From positions 476 through 64,475 of the forward strand of contig JACAFE010000034.1 of NCBI GenBank assembly GCA_013388435.1: a stretch of DNA of 64,000 bases, in the 5' to 3' direction. Position numbers and translations under genes: made by a program. This DNA is from Nitrospirota bacterium (GTDB lineage Bacteria; Nitrospirota; Thermodesulfovibrionia; Thermodesulfovibrionales; SM23-35). This document shows, one piece after another, positions 38,823 through 48,016 of this stretch. Position 1 is the stretch's first letter, and every line of letters starts with the position of its first letter. Below the pieces are notes generated by a model. It saw nothing but the letters and a program-made list of their open reading frames with translations. It was not told the DNA's origin and ran no database searches.

Positions 38823-39512
38823 ATGCATTGTGAAGACCTAAAAGAACTCGAAAATAATCTCGGCTATACTTTTAAAAACAAGGAAATTCTTAAAGAAGCC
38901 CTAACACACAGATCATATTTTCATGAGTATCCTAAGAATTCAACTGGATATAATGAAAGGCTTGAATTTCTCGGTGATTCAGTTCTCGGTTTTATAATCG
39001 TTGAGTATCTTTTTTCTCTTCCTGAAAAATTTCTCGAATCAACAATGGCTAAAACTAAATCATATGTCGCAAAGGAAGCTGTTTTATTTGAAATAGCTAA
39101 TACCATATCACTCGGCAAATTTCTAAGGCTCGGCAAAGGCGAAGAACTAACCGGCGGAAGAACAAAAAAATCCCTTCTCGCAGATGCTTTTGAGGCTCTT
39201 CTTGGAGCCATTTATTTAGACGGAGGCATAAATCCTGCAAAAGATATTGTGATGAAATTATTCAAAGAAAAGATTGACAAAATCATAACATCCGGTAATT
39301 TTCATGATGCTAAAACAGATTTACAAGAAAAATCCCAGATGCTATTTAATACAATTCCTGAATATAGACTAATCAAACAGGAAGGAGAAGAGCATAGTAA
39401 AGTATTTACTGTTGAAGTTTATATTAACGGAGAAAAGTCAGGATACGGCGTAGGGAAAAGCAAGAAAGAGGCAGAAACTAACGCAGCTAAAGAAGCATTA
39501 AAGAAATTCTAA
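38823..39512 (+). CDS. rnc: Ribonuclease III
   Basis: Start reset to ATG 38823. It has the RNase III signature ERLEFLGDSVL, then DAFEALLGAIYLDGG, and a C-terminal dsRBD (GKSKKEAETNAAKEAL). Confidence 0.9.
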   Translation: MHCEDLKELENNLGYTFKNKEILKEALTHRSYFHEYPKNSTGYNERLEFLGDSVLGFIIVEYLFSLPEKFLESTMAKTKSYVAKEAVLFEIANTISLGKFLRLGKGEELTGGRTKKSLLADAFEALLGAIYLDGGINPAKDIVMKLFKEKIDKIITSGNFHDAKTDLQEKSQMLFNTIPEYRLIKQEGEEHSKVFTVEVYINGEKSGYGVGKSKKEAETNAAKEALKKF

Positions 39513-39592
39513 TAAATTATTTGTAGTTTATCTTTCTTTTTGCTATACTTTAACTAAATATAATAATTTAACCCGAAAAAATGGAGGATAAT

Positions 39593-40021
39593 ATGAAAAA
39601 ATTAATAGTAGCTTTTATTATTGTTTTAGTATTCAGTCTTACAGCTTTTGCACAGACAGGAATGATGGGTCAGGGCATGCAAATGGGTAATACTCAGCAG
39701 ATGCCCATGATGCAATGTCCAAAAATGCAAATGATGCATGGCCAGGGAATGATGCAGGGCCAACAAATACAGGCAACTCATTGTCAGGAAATGATGCAGA
39801 TTATTACTAATTTAATTTCTATGCAAGAAAAAATTGTTTCAGGAGTAAAACCCGAAGAAAAAGACAAAATGTTACAGGAAATAAAAGAAATGAAAGACAG
39901 GGTTCAAAATATGGCTAATATTTGCAAATGCATGATGCAAATGCAACCATCCGCTCCCCAGTCTCCTGCAACTGACGTCCCTGGCACACAGACACCCTCA
40001 CCTTCAGAGCACAAACATTAG
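39593..40021 (+). CDS. Exported Met/Gln-rich protein, putative periplasmic Cu(I)-binding protein
   Basis: Start ATG 39593 behind GGAGGA, with signal peptide MKKLIVAFIIVLVFSLTAFA. The mature part is packed with M, Q, H and C (GMMGQGMQMGNTQQMPMMQCPKMQMMHGQGMMQG...CKCMMQMQ). It lies upstream of copA. Confidence 0.6.
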   Translation: MKKLIVAFIIVLVFSLTAFAQTGMMGQGMQMGNTQQMPMMQCPKMQMMHGQGMMQGQQIQATHCQEMMQIITNLISMQEKIVSGVKPEEKDKMLQEIKEMKDRVQNMANICKCMMQMQPSAPQSPATDVPGTQTPSPSEHKH

Positions 40022-40027
40022 AATATT

Positions 40028-40066
40028 AGAAGATTATTAATAATCTTCTTGATTATTTTGTTTATT
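40028..40066 (+). terminator. Intrinsic terminator after the Met-rich gene
   Basis: Hairpin AGAAGATTA-TTAA-TAATCTTCT (40028-40049) followed by the T-rich TGATTATTTTGTTTATTT. Confidence 0.6.
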
Positions 40067-40134
40067 TAACTCATACAGGGTAACCCAAAAATACAGACAT
40101 TGCTCATAGCTCATAAAAAGGCTGAAGGCAAAAA

Positions 40135-40274
40135 GCGTTTATTGCGTTTATTGCGTTTATTGCGTTTATTGCGTTAATGCGTTTATTGCGTTATTGCGTT
40201 TATTGCGTTATTGCGTTTGTTGCGTTTATAGCGTTTATAGCGTTTATAGCGTTATTGCGTTTATTGCGTTCATC
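40135..40274. repeat. Tandem 8-9 nt array GCGTT(T)AT(T/A), 16 units
   Basis: 4x GCGTTTATT, GCGTTAAT, GCGTTTATT, GCGTTATT, GCGTTTATT, GCGTTATT, GCGTTTGTT, 3x GCGTTTATA, GCGTTATT, GCGTTTATT, GCGTTCATC. The array resumes at 40384-40407 after the hairpin insert. Confidence 0.9.
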
Positions 40275-40280
40275 AAATTT

Positions 40281-40375
40281 AATGCTTCGCATTGGAAGTG
40301 AGACCCGCTTTGCGGGTCTGGAATTGAGTGCCGAAAAACGGCACTGGAAGTTAGTCGCTCTGGCGACTGGAATTT
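40281..40375. other. Array of four unrelated stem-loops, each followed by GGAA(G/T)T (candidate structured RNA or protein-binding module)
   Basis: AATGC-TTC-GCATT GGAAGT; AGACCCGC-TTT-GCGGGTCT GGAATT; AGTGCCG-AAAAA-CGGCACT GGAAGT; AGTCGC-TCTG-GCGACT GGAATT. All stems are perfect Watson-Crick. Confidence 0.5.
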
Positions 40376-40634
40376 GTCAAACTGTTTATTGCGTTTATTA
40401 CGTTTATCAAATAGCAAAGAGCAAATAGCGAATAAAAAAAGGCTGAAGCCTAAAGCCTTCAGCCTATGATAGTTTATTTTGTTTCATAAATTGAGTTATT
40501 GCAAGTAAACAACTATCTAATCTCCATGACAAAGGAGGAGCAAAAGGGAATTGTTATCGGAAAATAAATTTACAACATCTGCACTATTTCAATTGTATGT
40601 TTATGGTTAACCCAATTTATTTAAAAGGAATATT

Positions 40635-43292
40635 ATGCAAGTAATAGATCCTGTATGCAAAATGATGATTGAGGATTCGGAAGCAGCTGGTAATACTGTT
40701 TATAACGGTAAGACTTATTATTTTTGCAATCCTGTATGTAAAGAAAAATTTGATAAAAATCCCGGGCTTTATCTAAAAGCAGAAGATTCGGATCAAAAAA
40801 AGCTTAAGGTTTTCACACCAATTTTAAAGATCAAGAGCTCTTCAGATACCATTAATAAAGAGGAAACAAGCGTTAAAAAAGAGCGTGACTATGTTTGCGG
40901 CATGACAGTTGATATTAATACTGATCTCAAGTATGAATATAAAGGAAATACTTATTATTTCTGCTCATCATACTGCCTTGATAAGTTTAAAAAAGAACCG
41001 GAAAAATATTCAGGAGACAGAGGTAGAAAAATTTCCGATATACCAGAGGATAGACTTACATGTCAAGGCTATACATGTCCAATGCATCCTGAAGTAAAAA
41101 AAGAAAAAATGGGTTCATGTCCTGAATGTGGGATGGCATTGGAACCCATTTTGTCTTCTACTGAGCTAACAAAAACTGAATGGATATGCCCAATGGACCC
41201 TGAAGTTGTCAGTGACCGACCAGGGAGTTGTCCGAAATGTGGTATGGCGCTTGAGCCGAGAGTTGTAACTCTGGAAGAAAAAGAAAATCCTGAACTCATA
41301 GATATGAGTAAAAGGTTCAAAATCAGCACAATATTAACAATTCCCATCATTTTTATTGCAATGCATCATATGATACCCGGGGTTTCACTTGAACATATAA
41401 TTGATATTGACTTATTAAGAATGCTTGAACTCGTATTTGCTACCCCTGTTGTCCTCTGGTGCGGGTTACCTTTCTTTATACGTGCATGGAATTCAATTCT
41501 AAACCGCAGTCCGAATATGTTTACACTTATCGGACTGGGTGTTGCGGTAGCTTATATTTACAGCCTGGTTGCTGTTTTATTTCCCACGATATTCCCCGAA
41601 TCTTTCATAGAATCCAATGGAAAGATTGGAGTTTATTTTGAAGCTTCGGCAGTAATAATTACTCTTGTTCTCCTTGGCCAGGTGCTTGAACTTAAAGCAA
41701 GAGGGAAAACAGGCGCTGCTATCAGAGCTTTACTCGGGCTTGCTCCCAGAACAGCACGAAGAATTAATAATGATGGCTCAGAAGAAGATGTACAAATAGA
41801 GATAGTTAAACCAGGAGATATATTACGCATCAGGCCAGGTGAAAAAATTCCTGTTGACGGGATTGTCACTGAAGGAACGAGTTTAGTAGATGAATCGATG
41901 ATCACAGGTGAACCTGTTCCAGCAGAAAAACAACCGGGTGATAAGGTTGTTGGAGCTACTATAAATACTACAGGCACACTGGTTATAAAAGCTGAAAAAG
42001 TAGGAGCCGACACTCTTCTTTCTCAAATTGTTAATATGGTTGCCGAAGCTCAGAGAAGTCGTGCACCAATACAAAAGCTTGCAGATATTGTTGCAAAATA
42101 TTTTGTATATATTGTAATTTCAGTTGCTTTCGTTACTTTTATAATCTGGTCTGTATGGGGTCCGGAGCCGCGTTATGCTTATGCGATTATTAACTCAGTC
42201 GCTGTTTTGATAATAGCATGCCCATGCGCTCTTGGATTAGCAACTCCAATGTCAATAATGGTTGCAATGGGCAAAGGTGCAACAGCAGGTGTTCTTTTTA
42301 AAAATGCAGAGTCTATAGAAATAATGAGAAAAGTTAATGTCTTAGTTACCGATAAAACAGGTACTATTACAGTCGGGAAACCCGAGCTTGTTAGAATAAT
42401 TCCTGTTCATGGATGGGATGAAAATAAAGTGCTTTATTATTCAGCAAGTCTTGCAAAAGGCAGTGAACATCCCTTGTCAAATGCAATTGTTATTGAAGCC
42501 GAAAAAAGACAGATTAAACTAACGAAATCCGAATCATTTAATTCTATCACAGGCAAAGGAATAACAGGCCAGATTGAAGGACATGAAATCGCTCTCGGCA
42601 ATCTGGGCTTGTTGGATGAACTCGGAATCAATGTTAGGGAATATTTAGAAATAGCAGAACAAATGAGATCAGAAGGCATAACGGTTATATTTCTTGTGTG
42701 CGATGGTAGCATCACAGGAATTATCGGGACTTCTGACAAATTAAAACAAACTTCTGCATCAGCGATTGAACAACTTCACAGAGAAGGGATTAAAATTATA
42801 ATGCTTACAGGAGACAGCCGCACTACTGCTGAAGCTGTTGCAAAGAAACTCGATATAGATGAAGTTATTGCAGAAGTTCTACCCGAACAGAAAGTTATGG
42901 AAATAAAAAAATTACAGGATAAAGGATTTATTGTTGCGATGGCTGGGGATGGCATAAATGACGCTCCTGCTCTTGCCCAGGCACATGTTGGGATTGCAAT
43001 GGGAACAGGAACAGATGTGGCTATGGAAAGTTCTCATATAACACTTGTAAAAGGAGAGCTGACCGGTATTGTCAGGGCAAGAATTCTAAGTAGAGAAACC
43101 ATGAAAAACATCAAACAAAACCTTTTCTGGGCGTTTGTTTATAATACAATAGGAGTCCCGGTTGCAGCAGGAATTCTTTATCCATTTCTGGGAATTCTCC
43201 TAAGTCCAATGATTGCTGCTGCTGCAATGAGTTTTAGTTCTGTCTCAGTAATAGGCAATGCTTTGCGTTTACGAAGGATAAAATTAAAATAA
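40635..43292 (+). CDS. copA: Copper-exporting P1B-type ATPase with 2 TRASH/YHS and 2 CPxHP..CPxCGM N-terminal metal-binding domains
   Basis: 885 aa. TRASH-like DPVCKMMI...[12 protein letters not shown] and DYVCGMTV...[12 protein letters not shown]. Then [21 protein letters not shown] and [21 protein letters not shown]. Transmembrane CPC ([12 protein letters not shown]), phosphorylation site VTDKTGTIT, and hinge [10 protein letters not shown]. Confidence 0.9.
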   Translation: MQVIDPVCKMMIEDSEAAGNTVYNGKTYYFCNPVCKEKFDKNPGLYLKAEDSDQKKLKVFTPILKIKSSSDTINKEETSVKKERDYVCGMTVDINTDLKYEYKGNTYYFCSSYCLDKFKKEPEKYSGDRGRKISDIPEDRLTCQGYTCPMHPEVKKEKMGSCPECGMALEPILSSTELTKTEWICPMDPEVVSDRPGSCPKCGMALEPRVVTLEEKENPELIDMSKRFKISTILTIPIIFIAMHHMIPGVSLEHIIDIDLLRMLELVFATPVVLWCGLPFFIRAWNSILNRSPNMFTLIGLGVAVAYIYSLVAVLFPTIFPESFIESNGKIGVYFEASAVIITLVLLGQVLELKARGKTGAAIRALLGLAPRTARRINNDGSEEDVQIEIVKPGDILRIRPGEKIPVDGIVTEGTSLVDESMITGEPVPAEKQPGDKVVGATINTTGTLVIKAEKVGADTLLSQIVNMVAEAQRSRAPIQKLADIVAKYFVYIVISVAFVTFIIWSVWGPEPRYAYAIINSVAVLIIACPCALGLATPMSIMVAMGKGATAGVLFKNAESIEIMRKVNVLVTDKTGTITVGKPELVRIIPVHGWDENKVLYYSASLAKGSEHPLSNAIVIEAEKRQIKLTKSESFNSITGKGITGQIEGHEIALGNLGLLDELGINVREYLEIAEQMRSEGITVIFLVCDGSITGIIGTSDKLKQTSASAIEQLHREGIKIIMLTGDSRTTAEAVAKKLDIDEVIAEVLPEQKVMEIKKLQDKGFIVAMAGDGINDAPALAQAHVGIAMGTGTDVAMESSHITLVKGELTGIVRARILSRETMKNIKQNLFWAFVYNTIGVPVAAGILYPFLGILLSPMIAAAAMSFSSVSVIGNALRLRRIKLK

Positions 43293-43303
43293 CAATATAA
43301 AAA

Positions 43304-43759
43304 CTATTTGTGTTCAAAAAGAGTCTTTACTTCGTTCATCAGTTCATTTATATCTTTGAAGGAACGGTAAACAGAGGCAAATCTTACATATGCCACTTTG
43401 TCAAGTTCTTTAAGGGATGACATTACTTCTTCACCTATCCATGAACTCTGTATTTCTTTTACCCCAAGTCCGATAAGTTTTTTTTCAATTGAATCTGTAA
43501 TATCCTCGAGAGTTTCCATTCCTATCGGTCTCTTTTCGCAAGCTTTTTTAAGGCCTGTTAAAACTTTATCCCTGTCAAATGGTTCCCTGCGTCCATCCTT
43601 TTTAACAACCATAGGAATAATATCTTCAACACGTTCGTATGAGGTAAATCGTTTTCTGCACTTAAGACATTCCCTTCTCCGTCTTATAGCGCTCCCTTCC
43701 CTGCTTGTACGGGAATCGATTACTTTATCCTCAAGATTACCACAGAATGGACATTTCAT
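43304..43759 (-). CDS. nrdR: Transcriptional repressor NrdR
   Basis: 151 aa with the N-terminal zinc ribbon MKCPFCG...CLKCRKRFTSYE, followed by an ATP-cone. Confidence 0.95.
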   Translation of the reverse strand: MKCPFCGNLEDKVIDSRTSREGSAIRRRRECLKCRKRFTSYERVEDIIPMVVKKDGRREPFDRDKVLTGLKKACEKRPIGMETLEDITDSIEKKLIGLGVKEIQSSWIGEEVMSSLKELDKVAYVRFASVYRSFKDINELMNEVKTLFEHK

Positions 43760-43770
43760 AAAAGTTCTTC

Positions 43771-43807
43771 AACCCAAAAAATGCATTTGAAATAATGCAG
43801 ATGTTGA
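43771..43807. repeat. Solo terminal module of the repeat family
   Basis: AACCCAAAAAATGCATTTGAAATAATGCAGATGTTG fills the 51-nt gap between glyA and nrdR. Confidence 0.8.
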
Positions 43808-43810
43808 ATT

Positions 43811-45049
43811 TTAGTATATAGGGAATCTCTCGCAGAGAGATTCAACCCTGAATCTGAGAGAATTTATTGCAGACTCATTTTTACTATTGTGAATTACTGA
43901 TGAAATAATATCAGCAATTTCGACCATTTCAGACTCGCCCATTCCTCTGGTTGTAACACAGGGCGTGCCGAGTCTTATTCCGCTTGTTATAGTAGCTGAC
44001 CTTTGATCATATGGGATTACATTCTTATTTACAGTAATTCTTGCTATGCTCAAAGCTTCTTCAGCTTCTTTACCTGTAACATTTTTATTGTTCAGGTCTA
44101 TAAGCATAAGATGATTATCCGTTCCACCGGAAATAATGTTAAACCCATTTTTTATAAGTTCCTCTGCAAGTTTTTTTGCATTTTTGACAACCATTGATTG
44201 ATAATTCTTAAATTCCGGTGTCATAGCTTCTTTTAAAGCAACAGCCTTTGCAGCAATTACATGAACAAGAGGTCCACCCTGTATTCCGGGGAAAATCGTT
44301 TTATCTATAATCTTTGCGAAATCACTCTTGCATAAAATCATCCCTCCTCTCGGTCCTCTGAGAGTTTTGTGGGTTGTTGTTGTAATAAAATCAGCATAAG
44401 GAACAGGAGATGGATGCAGACCTGCTGCAACAAGTCCCGCGATATGTGCTATATCAGCCATTAAATAAGCTCCGACTTCTCTGGCTATACTGGAGAAAAT
44501 CTCAAAATTAATTATTCTTGAATATGCACTTGCACCAACAAGTATTATTTTTGGTTTATTTTCAATAGCCAGACGTCTGACTTCATCATAATCTATCATT
44601 CCGGTTTCTTTATTGACACCATAGAAGACTGTTTTATAAAAAATACCGGAAAAGTTTACAGATGCTCCATGTGAAAGATGGCCTCCATGACTGAGGCTCA
44701 TGCTCAAAATAGTATCCCCCGGCTTTAACATAGCAAAAAATATAGCCATATTAGCCTGAGACCCTGAATGAGGCTGAACATTGACATGTTCTGCGCTAAA
44801 AAGCTGTTTTGCTCTTTCTTTTGCAAGGTTCTCTACTACATCAGCATATTCACAGCCACCATAATATCTTTTACCCGGATAGCCTTCAGCATACTTATTC
44901 GTAAAAACCGAACCCTGCACCTCCATAACAGATTTACTCGCATAATTCTCAGAAGCAATAAGTACAATATTTTTTCTTTCCCTTTCAATTTCTTTCTGGA
45001 TCGCTTCATAAACATCAGGGTCTGTTGATTTTAAGTTTTCAAATATCAT
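43811..45049 (-). CDS. glyA: Serine hydroxymethyltransferase
   Basis: 412 aa with LIASENYAS, the PLP-lysine motif [14 protein letters not shown], and the overall family pattern. Confidence 0.95.
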   Translation of the reverse strand: MIFENLKSTDPDVYEAIQKEIERERKNIVLIASENYASKSVMEVQGSVFTNKYAEGYPGKRYYGGCEYADVVENLAKERAKQLFSAEHVNVQPHSGSQANMAIFFAMLKPGDTILSMSLSHGGHLSHGASVNFSGIFYKTVFYGVNKETGMIDYDEVRRLAIENKPKIILVGASAYSRIINFEIFSSIAREVGAYLMADIAHIAGLVAAGLHPSPVPYADFITTTTHKTLRGPRGGMILCKSDFAKIIDKTIFPGIQGGPLVHVIAAKAVALKEAMTPEFKNYQSMVVKNAKKLAEELIKNGFNIISGGTDNHLMLIDLNNKNVTGKEAEEALSIARITVNKNVIPYDQRSATITSGIRLGTPCVTTRGMGESEMVEIADIISSVIHNSKNESAINSLRFRVESLCERFPIY

Positions 45050-45506
45050 TTTTTGCTAATCTTTCCTCTATTTTTTGAATTTTTTCAAGACGTCTGCAGT
45101 GCCTGTCTCCTTCAAAAGGAGTGCTTACCCAGGTTCTAACGATTTCTTTTGCAAGATCTTTACCTATTATCCTGCCACCCATTACGAGAATATTTGCGTC
45201 ATTATGCAATCTGCTCATTTTTGCAGTAAAGAGATCATTACATAACGACGCTCTTACACCTGGAAATTTATTTGCTACGATAGACATGCCAATACCTGTA
45301 CCACATATCAATATGCCTTTCTCAATTTTTCCAGAGGATATTGCATCTGATACTTTTTCACCGAAATCAGGATAATCAACTGAAGCACTGGTATCGGTTC
45401 CAAAATCAATATATTTTATCCGGAGCTCATTCAATAGTGAGAGAATCTCTTTTTTGAGTTCTATCCCAGCATGGTCACAACCAATAGCAATAGTCATTTT
45501 TTTCAT
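45039..45506 (-). CDS. rpiB: Ribose-5-phosphate isomerase B
   Basis: 155 aa with [25 protein letters not shown] and LVMGGR motifs. Confidence 0.9.
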   Translation of the reverse strand: MKKMTIAIGCDHAGIELKKEILSLLNELRIKYIDFGTDTSASVDYPDFGEKVSDAISSGKIEKGILICGTGIGMSIVANKFPGVRASLCNDLFTAKMSRLHNDANILVMGGRIIGKDLAKEIVRTWVSTPFEGDRHCRRLEKIQKIEERLAKNDI

Positions 45507-45567
45507 CCGAAAATTAGAATACCTTAATATTATCTGACAGGTTCTTTTGAAGTCAAGAACACATATC

Positions 45568-47124
45568 TTAAATTTTCTTTTTTACGTCTATGCGTGGGAA
45601 AAGAGCAGGACCCTTTAAGACTTTTTGCCCCGGGTTAAGCATTCCCCAGCTTGCGTGTTTATTAAAATCTATTTTTGAAATATCATCATCTAAAGAAAGC
45701 TGCTTATAAATTTTTTGAGCTGTGTCAGGCATAAAAGGGAAAAGAACTATAGCTATTAAACGAATTGATTCAGCAAGAGTATATAGTATATTAGAAAGTG
45801 TATCCTGATCTTTTTCCTTCCAGGGCGCAGCATTCTGGATATATTCATTTATATCATTTATTACCGACCATATTAAACCAAGAATATTATGAAATTCAAG
45901 ATATTTGAAATGTTCCTCAATTCTTGTAAATAGATTTTCTTCTGAATCTTTAAACCATGATTTAACTTTCTTTTCTAACCCTTCCCTGTCCATATTTTCA
46001 ACTGGAGGCGGGATTATTCCTTCTCTATATTTCTCAATCATTGTCAAAGAACGGCTCAGAAGATTTCCGAGATCATTGGCAAGATCAGTATTAAATCTTT
46101 GCGTAATAGCATGTTCGGAAAAATCACCATCAAGGCCAAAAGTAACCTCTCTGAAAAGAAAATATCTGAATGCATCAGCGCCGAATCTCTCTGTTATATC
46201 ATGCGGATCAATAACATTACCGAGAGACTTTGACATTTTCCTGCCTTCAATAGTCCACCAGCCATGAGCAAAAATATTGCCCGGCAGGGGAAGATCGAGC
46301 GCCATAAGCATTGCAGACCAGTATATTGCATGGGTTGTTAGTATATCTTTACCAATCAAATGGTGGTTGGCAGGCCACCATATCTCTGCGCCCGGGGCAA
46401 GATATTTTGTGGCTGAATAATAATTAGTCAGCGCATCAAACCAGACATAAGTTACAAAATTGTCATCAAAAGGTAATGGCACACCCCATGAAAGTCGGTG
46501 CTTTGGTCTTGATATACAAAGATCACCCAGAACATTATTTTTCAAAAAACCAAGAACTTCATTGCGTCTCGTATCCGGCAGTATATAGTATGCATTATCT
46601 TCTATATATTTAATCAGCCTTTCCTGATATTTTGACATCAAAAAGAAATAATTCTCTTCTGTAATTTTTTCGACAGGTCTTTTACAATCAGGACACTTAC
46701 CTTCATCTACTTCTTTTTCTGTCCAGAAACGTTCATCAGGAACACAATACCAACCTGAATATAATCTTTTTTCAATTTCACCTTTATCGTATAATTCCTG
46801 AAGTATCTGTCTTACAATCTCTTTATGTTCAATGTCAGTTGTACGTATAAAAGCATCATACTTTATATTTAGTTTTACCCAGAGTTTCTTGAAATTTTCG
46901 ACCATCACATCTGCATGTTCTTTTGGAGAAAGACCTTTGTCTTTAGCTGCTTTTTCTACCTTTTGACCATGCTCATCAGTGCCAGTAAGGAAAAAAACTT
47001 TTCTGCCTTTCAATCTGTTATATCTTGCAAGTATATCAGCAGCAACTGTTGTATAGACATGACCGATATGAGGAACATCATTTACATAATATATAGGTGT
47101 TGTTACATAAAATTTATTTTCCAT
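45568..47124 (-). CDS. metG: Methionyl-tRNA synthetase, short form (no C-terminal tRNA-binding domain)
   Basis: Start chosen at MENKFYVTTPIYYVNDVPHIGH (HIGH motif). It has a CPDCKRP knuckle and KMSKS and ends after the anticodon-binding domain. The longer ORF start (47205) would overlap the upstream gene by 92 nt. Confidence 0.9.
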   Translation of the reverse strand: MENKFYVTTPIYYVNDVPHIGHVYTTVAADILARYNRLKGRKVFFLTGTDEHGQKVEKAAKDKGLSPKEHADVMVENFKKLWVKLNIKYDAFIRTTDIEHKEIVRQILQELYDKGEIEKRLYSGWYCVPDERFWTEKEVDEGKCPDCKRPVEKITEENYFFLMSKYQERLIKYIEDNAYYILPDTRRNEVLGFLKNNVLGDLCISRPKHRLSWGVPLPFDDNFVTYVWFDALTNYYSATKYLAPGAEIWWPANHHLIGKDILTTHAIYWSAMLMALDLPLPGNIFAHGWWTIEGRKMSKSLGNVIDPHDITERFGADAFRYFLFREVTFGLDGDFSEHAITQRFNTDLANDLGNLLSRSLTMIEKYREGIIPPPVENMDREGLEKKVKSWFKDSEENLFTRIEEHFKYLEFHNILGLIWSVINDINEYIQNAAPWKEKDQDTLSNILYTLAESIRLIAIVLFPFMPDTAQKIYKQLSLDDDISKIDFNKHASWGMLNPGQKVLKGPALFPRIDVKKKI

Positions 47125-48016
47125 TTTGTTGTGTGTCCTTTTTTCTATGAAATCTTCTTTTTTTTCTTTTTGGATGCCATCTTCTGTATTGTTCTCTTTG
47201 CTCATCAGTTTTGTGCTCTGAGTCAGTGTTAATTTCCTGTTTGTTACTTATCAAAGGTTCCTCATTTGTTTCAGATTCATAAATCTGCTCGCTCGATACT
47301 ACAATCACTTCTTCATTATCATTTTCTTCAATCAAAGATATTTCTTCCTCAGAGGTTCCAGTTTTTGCAGAAACATCTTCTGTATAATTTTCTGAATATT
47401 CATATCCAAGACAGCACATTAACCTTCCACATACACCGGATAATTTTCCGGTATTAAGTACAAGTTCCTGTTTTTTTGCCATTTTAATTGAAATAGGCTC
47501 AAAATTTATCAGGAATTTTTTACAACATAATTCTCTTCCGCATATTCCGAGACTCCCGATAATTCTTGCTCCATCCCTGACCCCTATCTGTCTCATTTCT
47601 ATCCTTGTCTTGAATCTCGAAGCAAGGTCCTTAACAAGTTCTCTGAAGTCTATTCTCTTCTCAGCTGTGAAATAGAAGATTATTCTTTTTCTGTCGAGTG
47701 TAGATTCTGTAGCAATAAGCTTCATCGGAAGTCCTCTTGCCATTATCCTCTCAAGGCAGAACAATTTTGCTTCTGCTTCAAGATTCTTGTTTTCTTCCTG
47801 CTGGGCAAGGTCTTCTTCGGTTACCTTCCTTATTATTTTCTTAAGACTTTGTTCCGATTCCTCAATTGTTCGTCTTTCAGTCACAACATTACCTATATTA
47901 ATGCCGAGTTCAGACTCCACAACCACAAGATCCCCCTTACTAATTTCAACCCCATTTACCTCAAAATCATATATTTTGCCGCATGGTTTAAATCTAACAC
48001 CAATAACATCAGGCAT
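47114..48016 (-). CDS. PSP1 domain protein (YaaT/RicT-like)
   Basis: 300 aa with VIGVRFKPCGKIYDFE, then the Cys-rich PSP1 core (GICGRELCCKKFL...GVCGRLMCCLGYE). It shows the conserved tmk-holB-PSP1 synteny and has a charged C-terminal tail. Confidence 0.8.
   Translation of the reverse strand: MPDVIGVRFKPCGKIYDFEVNGVEISKGDLVVVESELGINIGNVVTERRTIEESEQSLKKIIRKVTEEDLAQQEENKNLEAEAKLFCLERIMARGLPMKLIATESTLDRKRIIFYFTAEKRIDFRELVKDLASRFKTRIEMRQIGVRDGARIIGSLGICGRELCCKKFLINFEPISIKMAKKQELVLNTGKLSGVCGRLMCCLGYEYSENYTEDVSAKTGTSEEEISLIEENDNEEVIVVSSEQIYESETNEEPLISNKQEINTDSEHKTDEQREQYRRWHPKRKKRRFHRKKDTQQNGK

Larger units (their letters stand above)
40081..40614. repeat. Mosaic intergenic repeat element, copy C (longest)
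   Basis: Left end TAACCCAAAAATACAGACATTGCTCATAGCTCATAAAAAGGCTGAAGGCAAAAAGC. Then a 16-unit tandem array, a hairpin array, CAAATAGCAAAGAGCAAATAGCG, the GGCTGAAG..CTTCAGCC hairpin (40441-40464) and TAGTTTATTTTGTTTCATAAATTGAGTTATTGC (40470-40502). The right end CAACATCTGCACTATTTCAA (40573-40592) is the inverted terminus, followed by GGTTAACCCA. Confidence 0.85.

Noticed and set aside
40177-40428. 83-aa ORF (MRLLRYCVYCVIAFVAFIAFIAFIALLRLLR...)
   Set aside because: It is a translation of the GCGTTTATT tandem array and the hairpin block. The periodic amino-acid repeats simply mirror the DNA repeat, there is no RBS, and the equivalent arrays at the other loci are in different frames and orientations.
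40522-40575. AAAGGAGGAG followed by a 13-codon ORF (MTKEEQKGIVIGK) inside repeat copy C
   Set aside because: The ATG lies upstream of, not downstream of, the Shine-Dalgarno-like string. The peptide is not conserved in the other element copies. It is too short to support.
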